Below are positions 50,952-60,715 of a stretch of 64,000 bases of DNA, piece after piece (the stretch's first letter is position 1; each line of letters opens with the position of its first letter). Both the position numbers and the translations under genes were made by a program. Source of the stretch: Halobacteriovoraceae bacterium (GTDB taxonomy: Bacteria > Bdellovibrionota > Bacteriovoracia > Bacteriovoracales > Bacteriovoracaceae); NCBI GenBank assembly GCA_963719505.1, contig CAVRCF010000003.1:160001-224000 (forward strand). Reading direction: 5' to 3'. Under the pieces are notes generated by a model. The model saw only the letters and a list, made by a program, of their open reading frames with translations. It made no database searches and was not told where the DNA came from.

Positions 50952-52013
50952 ATGTTAACTAAGAAGAGATACTCTCTTAAGGAAATTATTATTTGGACTA
51001 AAGCTGAGATTTTTATGTTTTTCATCTTATCAATTGCTGTGGCTATTTTATATTCATTTTTTAAACTTGAGTTTCTTCAAGTCCCATGGACGCCCGTTGC
51101 TCTGATAGGTACGGCGGTGGCATTTGTCTTAGGGTTTCAGAATAACTCGGCTTATGGGCGAATTTGGGAGGCACGTAAAATTTGGGGTGGAATTGTTAAT
51201 ACTTCGAGAATGTGGGGTATGAATATTAAAGACATGATAACAAATGAACACGTAAAGGACTCATCATCACTGGAAAACTTAGACGACTATGTGAAACACT
51301 TTGTAAAAAGACACATCGTTTGGTTAACTGCTCTAAGACATGCAATGAGGCAACCTAAAAAATGGGAAGTCTATTCCGATTTAAAAAGTAACAATAAGTG
51401 GTCAGAGATAATCCACATTCCAGAGAGGAAGGTTGATGTTATAATAGATCTTAAAAAATACTTGTCTGAAAGCGAAATGTCTTATGTTGAAAATAAAAGT
51501 AACAAGCCAGCTGCTATTTTGTTTCTCCAGTCGAGTGAACTCAAAAAGTTAAAAGAAAGCGGACATATATGGGAGTTCTCGTATTTGGAACTACAAAGTC
51601 TTTTAAATGAACTTTTTACGTTGCAAGGAAAGTCAGAGCGAATAAAAAACTTTCCATACCCAAGACAGTACGCAACTTTGAGCCATATCTTCGTTTGGAT
51701 CTTTTTAATCTTACTTCCATTTGGCTTAATACCTGAGTTCTCAAAAATAGGTCAAAGCTTTTCAAGTCAGTTTCCCATTGTTGGTGATTACTTTGTAATT
51801 ATTGGTGTGTTTTTTTGTGTTGTTGTATCTTGGGTTTTTTACACTATGGAGAGAATTGGCAGAACTGGAGAAAACCCTTTTGAAGGCACTCCAAACGACG
51901 TTCCTATTTCAACAATCTCAAGAGGTATTGAAATTGACTTGTTGCAATTACTAAATGAGGATAAAGAATCTATACCTTCTCAGTTTCCTGAAAATTATGA
52001 TGTACAGATGTAG
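50952..52013 (+). CDS. Bestrophin-like (YneE) channel
   Basis: GFQNNSAYGRIWEARKIWG, ERIKNFPYP, ENPFEG. Confidence 0.88.
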   Translation: MLTKKRYSLKEIIIWTKAEIFMFFILSIAVAILYSFFKLEFLQVPWTPVALIGTAVAFVLGFQNNSAYGRIWEARKIWGGIVNTSRMWGMNIKDMITNEHVKDSSSLENLDDYVKHFVKRHIVWLTALRHAMRQPKKWEVYSDLKSNNKWSEIIHIPERKVDVIIDLKKYLSESEMSYVENKSNKPAAILFLQSSELKKLKESGHIWEFSYLELQSLLNELFTLQGKSERIKNFPYPRQYATLSHIFVWIFLILLPFGLIPEFSKIGQSFSSQFPIVGDYFVIIGVFFCVVVSWVFYTMERIGRTGENPFEGTPNDVPISTISRGIEIDLLQLLNEDKESIPSQFPENYDVQM

Positions 52014-52036
52014 TAACTAATAAATTATATTGGTGA

Positions 52037-52733
52037 CTAATCTGTTTGTGTGTACCAAGCTCTTATGAGAAGCGATTGGAAAAATTGTACTGGTTTTTTA
52101 AAGCTTGATGCTTCAAATATCCCTTCAGCTTCTTGCGGAGATATAATACCAAGGTTCTCTTTCACTCCCTTTACAGCATTTTGTAACTCTGATTCATTAA
52201 CTTTGTGATCTTGCTTCATGCCTAACCAGTTCTTCATTAAATTTGGAAATGAAGAAGTTTCAAAGTCTGCACTTATCTCGGCATTAATAAAAATACCTTT
52301 TGCTTTAACCGACTTTCAATATCTTTAAATAGGTTTTCTCTTTCCTCAATAGTTTTTAAAAAAAATGGGTAACAAATAAACACATTGAGGCATCAAATTT
52401 ATCTTCGCTCACGAGCTCGTGTAGGAAACCGTGGAATAGCTCACACTGACTTTCTAAGTTTTCATTTTTAAATCGTTCTTTACAATCATTAATCATCGAT
52501 AGTGATGGCTCTATCCCAACAAATTTCCATGTTGGGTTTTCTTTCGCTATTTTAATTACTTCAACTCCAGTCCCAATACCAACGCAAAGTATATGAGCAT
52601 TGTCAGGTAGATTTTGTAATATTAGCGAATTTAAGTAATGCAGGTTTTCAGAGATTGGTTTGTATGATTCATTTGTTTTATCATAAACATCTGCAGTCAT
52701 ATTATTAAAAATTTCTACAGCTTTATTCTTCAT
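52037..52733 (-). pseudogene. Class I SAM methyltransferase, frameshifted
   Basis: ILCVGIGTG, GIEPS; frame breaks at about 52360 and 52310. Confidence 0.75.
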
Positions 52734-52758
52734 TTTGCTTTCCAGTTAATTTTCTGTC

Positions 52759-52850
52759 GCACGAACTCTTGAACCTTTTCAAACCCCAGAAACAAAAAAA
52801 CGAAGCAAAAGCTTCGTAATCTCGGTAATCTAAATGCCCAAAAAGGGTTC
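52759..52850. repeat. tRNA-Asp-linked repeat, copy D (hairpin arm only)
   Basis: Matches 57995-58085 with variant stem ACGAAGC-AAAA-GCTTCGT; no tRNA core. Confidence 0.88.
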
Positions 52851-52874
52851 AATCTATAATCAGGTTAGAGATTA

Positions 52875-53955
52875 TTAAAGTTTATTTAAATAACTAATAT
52901 CAATTAATCTCTGATATTTTTTTCGTAATAAAAATGAAGGTAAATATTTAAGAATTAAGTTTCTGAAGAAGTTTTTTAAATTAGAAGTTGAATGGACAAA
53001 TTTTCCATAACTCCAAGACTCGTCAACTATAGATTTAACTTTTTTATATCGAAGGTTGACTAAATGAGAACCTGCACTATCGAACCCATATTTGTTGATA
53101 CAAAGACTCAGTGTGTAAGCATCCTCTATCGCTTGACAGGCGCCTTGTGCCAAGTTTGCAGTAGTTGCATGAATTGAATCACCTATTAAAATTATGTTAT
53201 TAGAATACCACTTTTTTGGAACTGGGTTGAGATCATGCATGTCGTTTCTGTAGATTTTGTCACTACATTCGATTATTTCAATTGCAGTTTCTTCAAAATC
53301 ATCTAAAAGTTGCTTGAGCTTTTTCTTTACATCTGTTGAGTCTTTTAGACCCTCTGGAGAAGTAGTTGCTAAGTACCAATATATTCTATCATCATAAAAA
53401 GGAATAGTGGCAAATCTTACATTGTTACCGAGTTGTTCGTTATATGCATCTTGAAACTTTAATTGAATAGGTTTAGATGTTACTCCTCGCCACACAGTCT
53501 GATCTGAGTATCTTTTAGCAATACTAGGAAAGAGTTGTTTTCTGACTAGAGAATTTATACCGTCACAGGCAACAAGAACTTCATAATTCGAGTGTGTTCC
53601 GTCTTCCCAAGAAATCATAGATGAATCTTGTTTTATTTGTTTTAAACGTTTATTGAAGATAATCTTTTCTTTTGGAAGATTTTCTAAAAGCATATCAGCT
53701 AAAAACTTCCTTGAAACGTTAGCGCCTTGACTTGAAATAGGGAGGTTTCTTATCAAATTTAACTTGTGATCAGTAATTACTGCTTTGTTTATGTATGCTC
53801 CTCGAGTAAGAAGAGTTTTTGTATTTATTACGTTTGATAGAATCTCAATAGTGCTTGAGCTTAAACCAATACCTGTTTCTATTTCTGGAACAACCTCTTG
53901 AGATTCATAAAGAACAAAGTCAATTTCTAAAATCTGTAAAAAATTTGCAAGTGTT
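52875..53955 (-). pseudogene. FAD-dependent monooxygenase, N-terminal GxGxxG lost at the IS1380 boundary
   Basis: Frame open up to LTLANFL at about 53955; ACDGINS.VR, IGDSIHA…QGACQAIED. Confidence 0.8.
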
Positions 53956-53957
53956 AA

Positions 53958-55818
53958 CGTAACCGCGCACGATGATACCTAATATCGTGCGTTCCAAGTA
54001 GTCGTAATAAGGCTTTTCATCATTTTGATAAATTCACCCAAAAATTGAAAAAAAAGTGTTTTTTTTACGGCCCTGCATAAAGAAAAAGCTTTTTTGTTTT
54101 GATATCTTTTTATCGCCAAACAAAAAAAAACAAACCAAAAAAGCTTTTTAGCAAAAGAACTGCCATGTACAAAACTATCAAAATTGAATCAACTTCTCAA
54201 ACATTCTCTTCTCATTCTGGTCTATTTTTATTTGAAGAGCTCTGGAAGCAACTAAAACTAGATAAAAGACTCAAATCTAAGATGCCCCGCAAAAAGAAAA
54301 ACATAGGTCCAACTCAATTAGATAAGTTTAAATCTCTACTTTATTCGTTTGTTGTTGGAAATGATTGTCTTTCTGATATTGATAATTCAAATAAAGATCC
54401 ATTGTTTGCAGAACTTACTGGGAAGGTTGCAGCTAGGACTCAAGGTGATTTTTTAAAGTCATTTGGAAATAGACATGCTGAAAAATTACAGGAATTTTTA
54501 GTTGAGCTAACTTTTGAGCTTAGAGCTTTGATGTTTCCAGATGATATAAAGTTTATTCTTTCAATGGATTCTACGCCTCATGAACATTACGGAAAAAATA
54601 TGGAAGGGATGGCGTGGAACTATAAAAATATGTGGTGCCTTGATTCTCAAAATGCTTATGATCAATTTGGATTTAGTTATTTGTTCGATCTTCGTCCTGG
54701 AAATACTCATTCGGGTAAAGATGCTGAGCGCTGGGTGCATGAAATTTTTAAGAATTGTCCAAGTCATTTAGAAAGATGGTTTAGAGCAGACTCCGCATAT
54801 GGAAAGCAAGAAGTTTATAAAGCTCTTCAAGCCAAAGGAGCAAAGTTTGCAATAGTTCTTAGGGATAATATAAGTCGATATGTTAGAAAGAAGAATCGAA
54901 ATATGTTGAATTGGGAGAAGACAGAACTTGAGTTTTTCAAGTCAAAAGAGTGTGAAATAGCGATGTCTCATTACCCAATTAAAAGCTTAGGGGAGATGCG
55001 AGTCGTTTTTATTAGAGCCCGAAAGAGCGTAGATGATATCAATGAGGCTCGAGACCTCTTTAAGAATTACAATCCTGAAGAACACGACTATAGACATTAT
55101 TCTATCATAACAAACATTGGTTTTTCAGAGATGAACAATGAAGAAGTTTTTGAGTTTTATAAAGATAGAGCAACAGCAGAGAGCTATATTCGAGAGCAAA
55201 AGTACGGCTTTGATTTTTTAAACTTTCCTTGTCGTCGTTTGAGAGCGAATAAAATTTTTGGATTAGTAGGAACGTTTGCACATAATTTAACGAGAGTAAT
55301 TTCTTTTTGCATGGAAGAGAAGTGGCGAACAGTTCGAGATAGAAAAAGTGGAGAAAGGATTCGTGTAAAACAGCTTGGATATTTTTCAAAGAGTGTTAGA
55401 AGTCATGTCATAAATATTGCGGGGCAGTTGATCCGAAGTGCTCGGAAACTAAAGTTAAGAATTTACTTTAAACAGGAGGTGGTGCTTAACAGGATTATGA
55501 AAAATTTATTGTTTAAGTTTAGTTTACAAACCTGAGCGCGTGTTCTTTGAAAAATGAATATTGTAAACCAGCTTGAACTACTGCCACCAAGGCAGACGTG
55601 CGCCTTGAGTACGTCTTTGAGTAGTTAAAACATACGCTCGAGAAGAAAGGTTGTGTTTTTATCGGAGGAAAATAGAGAATGGAAATGAAGTAGGGGACAA
55701 CTTTTGAATAAAGGTTTGGGAATGGCTGTTTTGGCGACAAAATAAGTAGATGAAAAAGTACCTGGGAGCTTTTTGAAGAGAGTTTTGAGTTTACTCGCGG
55801 AAAATTTTGATGTTGGAA
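53958..55818 (+). mobile_element. IS1380-family unit, tandem copy 1 (1861 bp)
   Basis: Direct repeat with 55819-57679; encodes transposase. Confidence 0.85.
54099..55535 (+). CDS. IS1380-family transposase (likely start ATG 54165)
   Basis: SMDST, LRPGN.HS, RADSAY, FY.DRATAE..IRE.K. Confidence 0.9.
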   Translation: MISFYRQTKKNKPKKLFSKRTAMYKTIKIESTSQTFSSHSGLFLFEELWKQLKLDKRLKSKMPRKKKNIGPTQLDKFKSLLYSFVVGNDCLSDIDNSNKDPLFAELTGKVAARTQGDFLKSFGNRHAEKLQEFLVELTFELRALMFPDDIKFILSMDSTPHEHYGKNMEGMAWNYKNMWCLDSQNAYDQFGFSYLFDLRPGNTHSGKDAERWVHEIFKNCPSHLERWFRADSAYGKQEVYKALQAKGAKFAIVLRDNISRYVRKKNRNMLNWEKTELEFFKSKECEIAMSHYPIKSLGEMRVVFIRARKSVDDINEARDLFKNYNPEEHDYRHYSIITNIGFSEMNNEEVFEFYKDRATAESYIREQKYGFDFLNFPCRRLRANKIFGLVGTFAHNLTRVISFCMEEKWRTVRDRKSGERIRVKQLGYFSKSVRSHVINIAGQLIRSARKLKLRIYFKQEVVLNRIMKNLLFKFSLQT

Positions 55819-57679
55819 CGTAACCGCGCACGATGATACCTAATATCGTGCGTTCCAAGTAGTCGTAATAAGGCTTTTCATCATTTTGATAAATTCACCC
55901 AAAAATTGAAAAAAAAGTGTTTTTTTTACGGCCCTGCATAAAGAAAAAGCTTTTTTGTTTTGATATCTTTTTATCGCCAAACAAAAAAAAACAAACCAAA
56001 AAAGCTTTTTAGCAAAAGAACTGCCATGTACAAAACTATCAAAATTGAATCAACTTCTCAAACATTCTCTTCTCATTCTGGTCTATTTTTATTTGAAGAG
56101 CTCTGGAAGCAACTAAAACTAGATAAAAGACTCAAATCTAAGATGCCCCGCAAAAAGAAAAACATAGGTCCAACTCAATTAGATAAGTTTAAATCTCTAC
56201 TTTATTCGTTTGTTGTTGGAAATGATTGTCTTTCTGATATTGATAATTCAAATAAAGATCCATTGTTTGCAGAACTTACTGGGAAGGTTGCAGCTAGGAC
56301 TCAAGGTGATTTTTTAAAGTCATTTGGAAATAGACATGCTGAAAAATTACAGGAATTTTTAGTTGAGCTAACTTTTGAGCTTAGAGCTTTGATGTTTCCA
56401 GATGATATAAAGTTTATTCTTTCAATGGATTCTACGCCTCATGAACATTACGGAAAAAATATGGAAGGGATGGCGTGGAACTATAAAAATATGTGGTGCC
56501 TTGATTCTCAAAATGCTTATGATCAATTTGGATTTAGTTATTTGTTCGATCTTCGTCCTGGAAATACTCATTCGGGTAAAGATGCTGAGCGCTGGGTGCA
56601 TGAAATTTTTAAGAATTGTCCAAGTCATTTAGAAAGATGGTTTAGAGCAGACTCCGCATATGGAAAGCAAGAAGTTTATAAAGCTCTTCAAGCCAAAGGA
56701 GCAAAGTTTGCAATAGTTCTTAGGGATAATATAAGTCGATATGTTAGAAAGAAGAATCGAAATATGTTGAATTGGGAGAAGACAGAACTTGAGTTTTTCA
56801 AGTCAAAAGAGTGTGAAATAGCGATGTCTCATTACCCAATTAAAAGCTTAGGGGAGATGCGAGTCGTTTTTATTAGAGCCCGAAAGAGCGTAGATGATAT
56901 CAATGAGGCTCGAGACCTCTTTAAGAATTACAATCCTGAAGAACACGACTATAGACATTATTCTATCATAACAAACATTGGTTTTTCAGAGATGAACAAT
57001 GAAGAAGTTTTTGAGTTTTATAAAGATAGAGCAACAGCAGAGAGCTATATTCGAGAGCAAAAGTACGGCTTTGATTTTTTAAACTTTCCTTGTCGTCGTT
57101 TGAGAGCGAATAAAATTTTTGGATTAGTAGGAACGTTTGCACATAATTTAACGAGAGTAATTTCTTTTTGCATGGAAGAGAAGTGGCGAACAGTTCGAGA
57201 TAGAAAAAGTGGAGAAAGGATTCGTGTAAAACAGCTTGGATATTTTTCAAAGAGTGTTAGAAGTCATGTCATAAATATTGCGGGGCAGTTGATCCGAAGT
57301 GCTCGGAAACTAAAGTTAAGAATTTACTTTAAACAGGAGGTGGTGCTTAACAGGATTATGAAAAATTTATTGTTTAAGTTTAGTTTACAAACCTGAGCGC
57401 GTGTTCTTTGAAAAATGAATATTGTAAACCAGCTTGAACTACTGCCACCAAGGCAGACGTGCGCCTTGAGTACGTCTTTGAGTAGTTAAAACATACGCTC
57501 GAGAAGAAAGGTTGTGTTTTTATCGGAGGAAAATAGAGAATGGAAATGAAGTAGGGGACAACTTTTGAATAAAGGTTTGGGAATGGCTGTTTTGGCGACA
57601 AAATAAGTAGATGAAAAAGTACCTGGGAGCTTTTTGAAGAGAGTTTTGAGTTTACTCGCGGAAAATTTTGATGTTGGAA
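55819..57679 (+). mobile_element. IS1380-family unit, tandem copy 2
   Basis: Apparently identical head-to-tail copy. Confidence 0.85.
55960..57396 (+). CDS. IS1380-family transposase, copy 2
   Basis: Protein identical to 54099-55535. Confidence 0.9.
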   Translation: MISFYRQTKKNKPKKLFSKRTAMYKTIKIESTSQTFSSHSGLFLFEELWKQLKLDKRLKSKMPRKKKNIGPTQLDKFKSLLYSFVVGNDCLSDIDNSNKDPLFAELTGKVAARTQGDFLKSFGNRHAEKLQEFLVELTFELRALMFPDDIKFILSMDSTPHEHYGKNMEGMAWNYKNMWCLDSQNAYDQFGFSYLFDLRPGNTHSGKDAERWVHEIFKNCPSHLERWFRADSAYGKQEVYKALQAKGAKFAIVLRDNISRYVRKKNRNMLNWEKTELEFFKSKECEIAMSHYPIKSLGEMRVVFIRARKSVDDINEARDLFKNYNPEEHDYRHYSIITNIGFSEMNNEEVFEFYKDRATAESYIREQKYGFDFLNFPCRRLRANKIFGLVGTFAHNLTRVISFCMEEKWRTVRDRKSGERIRVKQLGYFSKSVRSHVINIAGQLIRSARKLKLRIYFKQEVVLNRIMKNLLFKFSLQT

Positions 57680-57721
57680 AAAAAGATAGCGATTTAAAAT
57701 GAGCCGAATTGAAAAAAAAGA

Positions 57722-57948
57722 GCTAGAGCAAAAAAAAAGGCGCAACTATGCGACCTCTATGGACCAGCGAACTCAAAATGAGCCGAATGAAAAAAATATT
57801 GTCAGAGCAGTGGAAAAGATTCTCGCGGATTTGGGCTAGAGCAAAAAAAAAGGCGCAACTATGCGACCTCTATGGACCAGCGAACTCAAAATGAGCCGAA
57901 TGAAAAAAATATTGTCAGAGCAGTGGAAAAGATTCTCGCGGATTTGGG
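57722..57948. repeat. 113-bp tandem duplication ending in CTCGCGGATTTGG(G)
   Basis: Units begin at 57722 and 57835 with GCTAGAGCAAAAAAAAAGGCGC. Confidence 0.9.
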
Positions 57949-57994
57949 ATTTGGGTTTTGTTTTTAGATGTTTTTTTCATTGATATTTTCCGCT

Positions 57995-58090
57995 CACGAA
58001 CTTTTGAACCTTTTTAAACCCCAGAAACAAAAAAACAAGCTCAAAGGCTTGTAATTTCGGTAATCTAAATGCCCAAAAAGGGTTCGAAAA
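57995..58090 (-). repeat. tRNA-Asp-linked repeat, copy E, containing a terminator-like hairpin
   Basis: Directly 3' of the tRNA CCA; ACAAGC/GCTTGT stem plus T-run on the minus strand. Confidence 0.88.
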
Positions 58091-58167
58091 TGGCGGGAGC
58101 GAAGGGACTCGAACCCTCGGCCTTCTGCGTGACAGGCAGACGTTATAACCAACTTAACTACGCCCCC
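58091..58167 (-). tRNA. tRNA-Asp (GTC)
   Basis: GGGGGCGTAGTTAAGTTGGTTATAACG TCTGC CTGTCAC GCAGA AGGCC GAGGG TTCGAGT CCCTT CGCTCCCGCCA folds as a cloverleaf with encoded CCA. Confidence 0.97.
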
Positions 58168-58186
58168 GTGTGTTTTCGTAAGATAG

Positions 58187-58215
58187 AATATAAATGGTGA
58201 GGGGAAAAGCGTCAA
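58187..58215 (-). promoter_or_regulatory. Sigma70 promoter of tRNA-Asp
   Basis: TTGACG-17 bp-TATATT. Confidence 0.7.
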
Positions 58216-58301
58216 GAAAAAAAGGTCTCAAGCCATTAAAAAAACATCTTTTACCAACAGAACCTGTTTATGCTATGATTGGCTATGTTGCGAGGTGACA
58301 A

Positions 58302-59357
58302 ATGGGTTTTATTCACAGTCTATGGAATTATATTTTAGTATCAGCACCGTATCTTTTATTCGGTCTTCTTTTGGCGGGGTTCGTTAGCGAATTTATGCCA
58401 ATGGATAAGATTAAAAAGTGGCTTGGTGGCAATAGCTTTATGTCTGTCATAAGGGCTTCTCTCATTGGCGTTCCTCTTCCGCTTTGTTCGTGTTCTGTTA
58501 TTCCAACAGCTGTAACTTTAAGAAAATCTGGAGCAAGTAATGCTTCAACATCTGCATTTCTTATATCCACACCAGAATCTGGGGTCGACTCAATAAGTTT
58601 AACTTATGCCCTTATTGACCTACCAATGGCCATCATAAGACCAATCGCTGCATTCTTATCTGCGATCGTTGCGGGATTCTTTCATTTAAAATTCAATAAA
58701 TTTGAGGCTCCACTTGAGCCACAGGCCCCTAAGTCTTGTTGTTCAAAAACCAAAGTAACTTTAGAGCAGCCAGAAATAAGAAAAGAGAATCGGTTTATAC
58801 GTGCTGCAAAGTTTGGCTATGGAAGTTTACTCAATGATATCGCTTTATGGTTAGCAATCGGAATGCTTGGTGGTGCTCTGATCGACTTTGTTGTTCCAGC
58901 AGACTTCTTTTTGCAATATGGTTCTAATGTCGGACGGTACCTAATCTTATTAGTAGGTATCCCTCTTTATATTTGTGCAACAGCTTCTACCCCAATTGCC
59001 GTATCCTTGATCCTTAAAGGCCTCTCTCCTGGAGCGGCGCTGATCCTCTTACTAGTGGGACCTGCGACAAATATTTCAAATATTGCAGTTTTACAAAAGT
59101 ATATTGGTAAAAAAGGTGTGGTTATCAATATTTTGAGTATTGCTCTTGTTGCCCTTGCCCTCTCTTATGCAACAGACTGGATGTATGGAAATTGGTTTAC
59201 CCTAAATCTTTCTGAGAAGCTTTCAAGTCATGAGCACACTGGTGCTTGGTGGGAAGTTGTTTCAGGTATTACCTTAAGTGCTCTTATCCTTAAGGGTATT
59301 TTTATTGAGGAAATTAAGCCACGCTTTCATAAAATGAATGAACACTCTCATGCCTAA
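58302..59357 (+). CDS. SO_0444-like / DUF318 metal permease
   Basis: GVPLPLCSCSVIP, STPESGVDS, PLYICATASTP, GPATN. Confidence 0.88.
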   Translation: MGFIHSLWNYILVSAPYLLFGLLLAGFVSEFMPMDKIKKWLGGNSFMSVIRASLIGVPLPLCSCSVIPTAVTLRKSGASNASTSAFLISTPESGVDSISLTYALIDLPMAIIRPIAAFLSAIVAGFFHLKFNKFEAPLEPQAPKSCCSKTKVTLEQPEIRKENRFIRAAKFGYGSLLNDIALWLAIGMLGGALIDFVVPADFFLQYGSNVGRYLILLVGIPLYICATASTPIAVSLILKGLSPGAALILLLVGPATNISNIAVLQKYIGKKGVVINILSIALVALALSYATDWMYGNWFTLNLSEKLSSHEHTGAWWEVVSGITLSALILKGIFIEEIKPRFHKMNEHSHA

Positions 59358-60090
59358 ATCAATTTTCATCACAGGTGGAACATCTGGTATTGGTCTCGCA
59401 GTCGCTAAGCTTTATAAGTCTAGAGGCTTTCGCGTGGGAATTTGTGGAAGAAATAAAGAAGTTCTAAGTCAGTATGCCGGTGAATTTGAAGTTTTTGAAG
59501 TTGAAGTCACTAATCTTTCACAGGTCGAGCTCGCCATAGAGACGTTTGCTAAAGGTGGGTTAGATATCGTTTATGCTAATGCTGGTGTTGGGTACGAGCA
59601 TAAAAGTAGACTTCCAGACTTTAAAAGGGCCCGTGAGATCATTGATATAAATATCAATGGGGTTCTCAATACTTTTGAAGTGGCGACGAAAATATTTTTA
59701 GAAAATGGCTCTGGAGCTTTGGTAGCGACGGCAAGTGTTGCAGGCTTCAATGGACTCCCAGGCGTTCCAGCTTACAGTGGATCGAAAGCCGCGATTATAA
59801 AGATATGCGAATCGTTAAGACTTGATCTTAGGAGTCGAAATATAGCTGTCACTTGCGTTTGTCCGGGTTTTATTGATACTCCCTTAACTCAAAAAAATCC
59901 TCACTCGATGCCCTTTTTAACAAGTCCTGAGTCAATGGCCATAAAGATTTATGAAGGGGTTGAAAAGAAAAAAAGAAATATTCTTTATCCAACACTTTTT
60001 GCTAGGGTGGTTCTCCTTTTGTCTTTTATGCCGAGGGCCCTTTACGATAAGATTATTACCAAACGTTCGTTAGATTATTCAAAAGAGTAG
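59350..60090 (+). CDS. Short-chain dehydrogenase/reductase
   Basis: ITGGTSGIG, NAG, YSGSK, PGFIDT. Confidence 0.9.
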   Translation: MPKSIFITGGTSGIGLAVAKLYKSRGFRVGICGRNKEVLSQYAGEFEVFEVEVTNLSQVELAIETFAKGGLDIVYANAGVGYEHKSRLPDFKRAREIIDININGVLNTFEVATKIFLENGSGALVATASVAGFNGLPGVPAYSGSKAAIIKICESLRLDLRSRNIAVTCVCPGFIDTPLTQKNPHSMPFLTSPESMAIKIYEGVEKKKRNILYPTLFARVVLLLSFMPRALYDKIITKRSLDYSKE

Positions 60091-60145
60091 AACATTATAG
60101 CTTTGTATTGTTTACAGCCAAACGACTTAGGTATATTTTAGATCT

Positions 60146-60715
60146 ATGTCTTTTGGTGTGCATCAATTTATTCATTCAACAGGTCGAGCGAGCTATTTTG
60201 TAGAACGACCTTTTGGCAATATCCTTGTCTTCTCTGATGATATAGAACAAGTTGATCATGACTTTGTAAAAGCAAAAGGCGGTCTCTTTCGCCAGTATTT
60301 TGAAAGCCCTGAAGGAGTTAACTCCCTTAATAGGCAATTATTTAGAATCTATGGAGCAAAAGCTGTTGGCTGCTGGAGCCAAGAGGCTTTTGACCACGCG
60401 ATTGTCTTAGAGAGATTTGGTATCGATTTTAGCGACCCCTCTATTAAATTTAAAACACAAGGGGAGGCGAAGTACTTAGTTATCTCCCAAAAAAGCAAAA
60501 AAATGGCCGTTATGGGTTCGTCATTCGACTTAAAAGCAACGGGTGAGATCATGGTTTTAGGCCATGAGCAAACAGATAATATTTTAACTAAGTTAAAAAA
60601 TGATTCAGTTGATATCGTTTTCTTCTCTTCCTTTGAAAAAGAAAACTCTCTTGTGTTTAAAGAGCCAAGTCAATTTCAAAAGCTAAAAAACTTTCTCGTT
60701 AACCTCTTTGGTTAA
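60146..60715 (+). CDS. Hypothetical protein
   Basis: 189-aa ORF, no motif recognised with confidence. Confidence 0.6.
   Translation: MSFGVHQFIHSTGRASYFVERPFGNILVFSDDIEQVDHDFVKAKGGLFRQYFESPEGVNSLNRQLFRIYGAKAVGCWSQEAFDHAIVLERFGIDFSDPSIKFKTQGEAKYLVISQKSKKMAVMGSSFDLKATGEIMVLGHEQTDNILTKLKNDSVDIVFFSSFEKENSLVFKEPSQFQKLKNFLVNLFG

Noticed and set aside
57949-57990. Minus-strand MKKTSKNKTQI as the missing monooxygenase N-terminus
   Set aside because: GxGxxG codons and a target duplication are absent; cannot be linked
35911-58090. CRISPR array or classical integron attC sites
   Set aside because: Spacing is kilobases and irregular, no cas or intI gene, no RYYYAAC/GTTRRRY ends; repeats include the tRNA 3' end
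57994-58215. 73-aa minus-strand ORF
   Set aside because: Overlaps tRNA-Asp and its promoter; spurious
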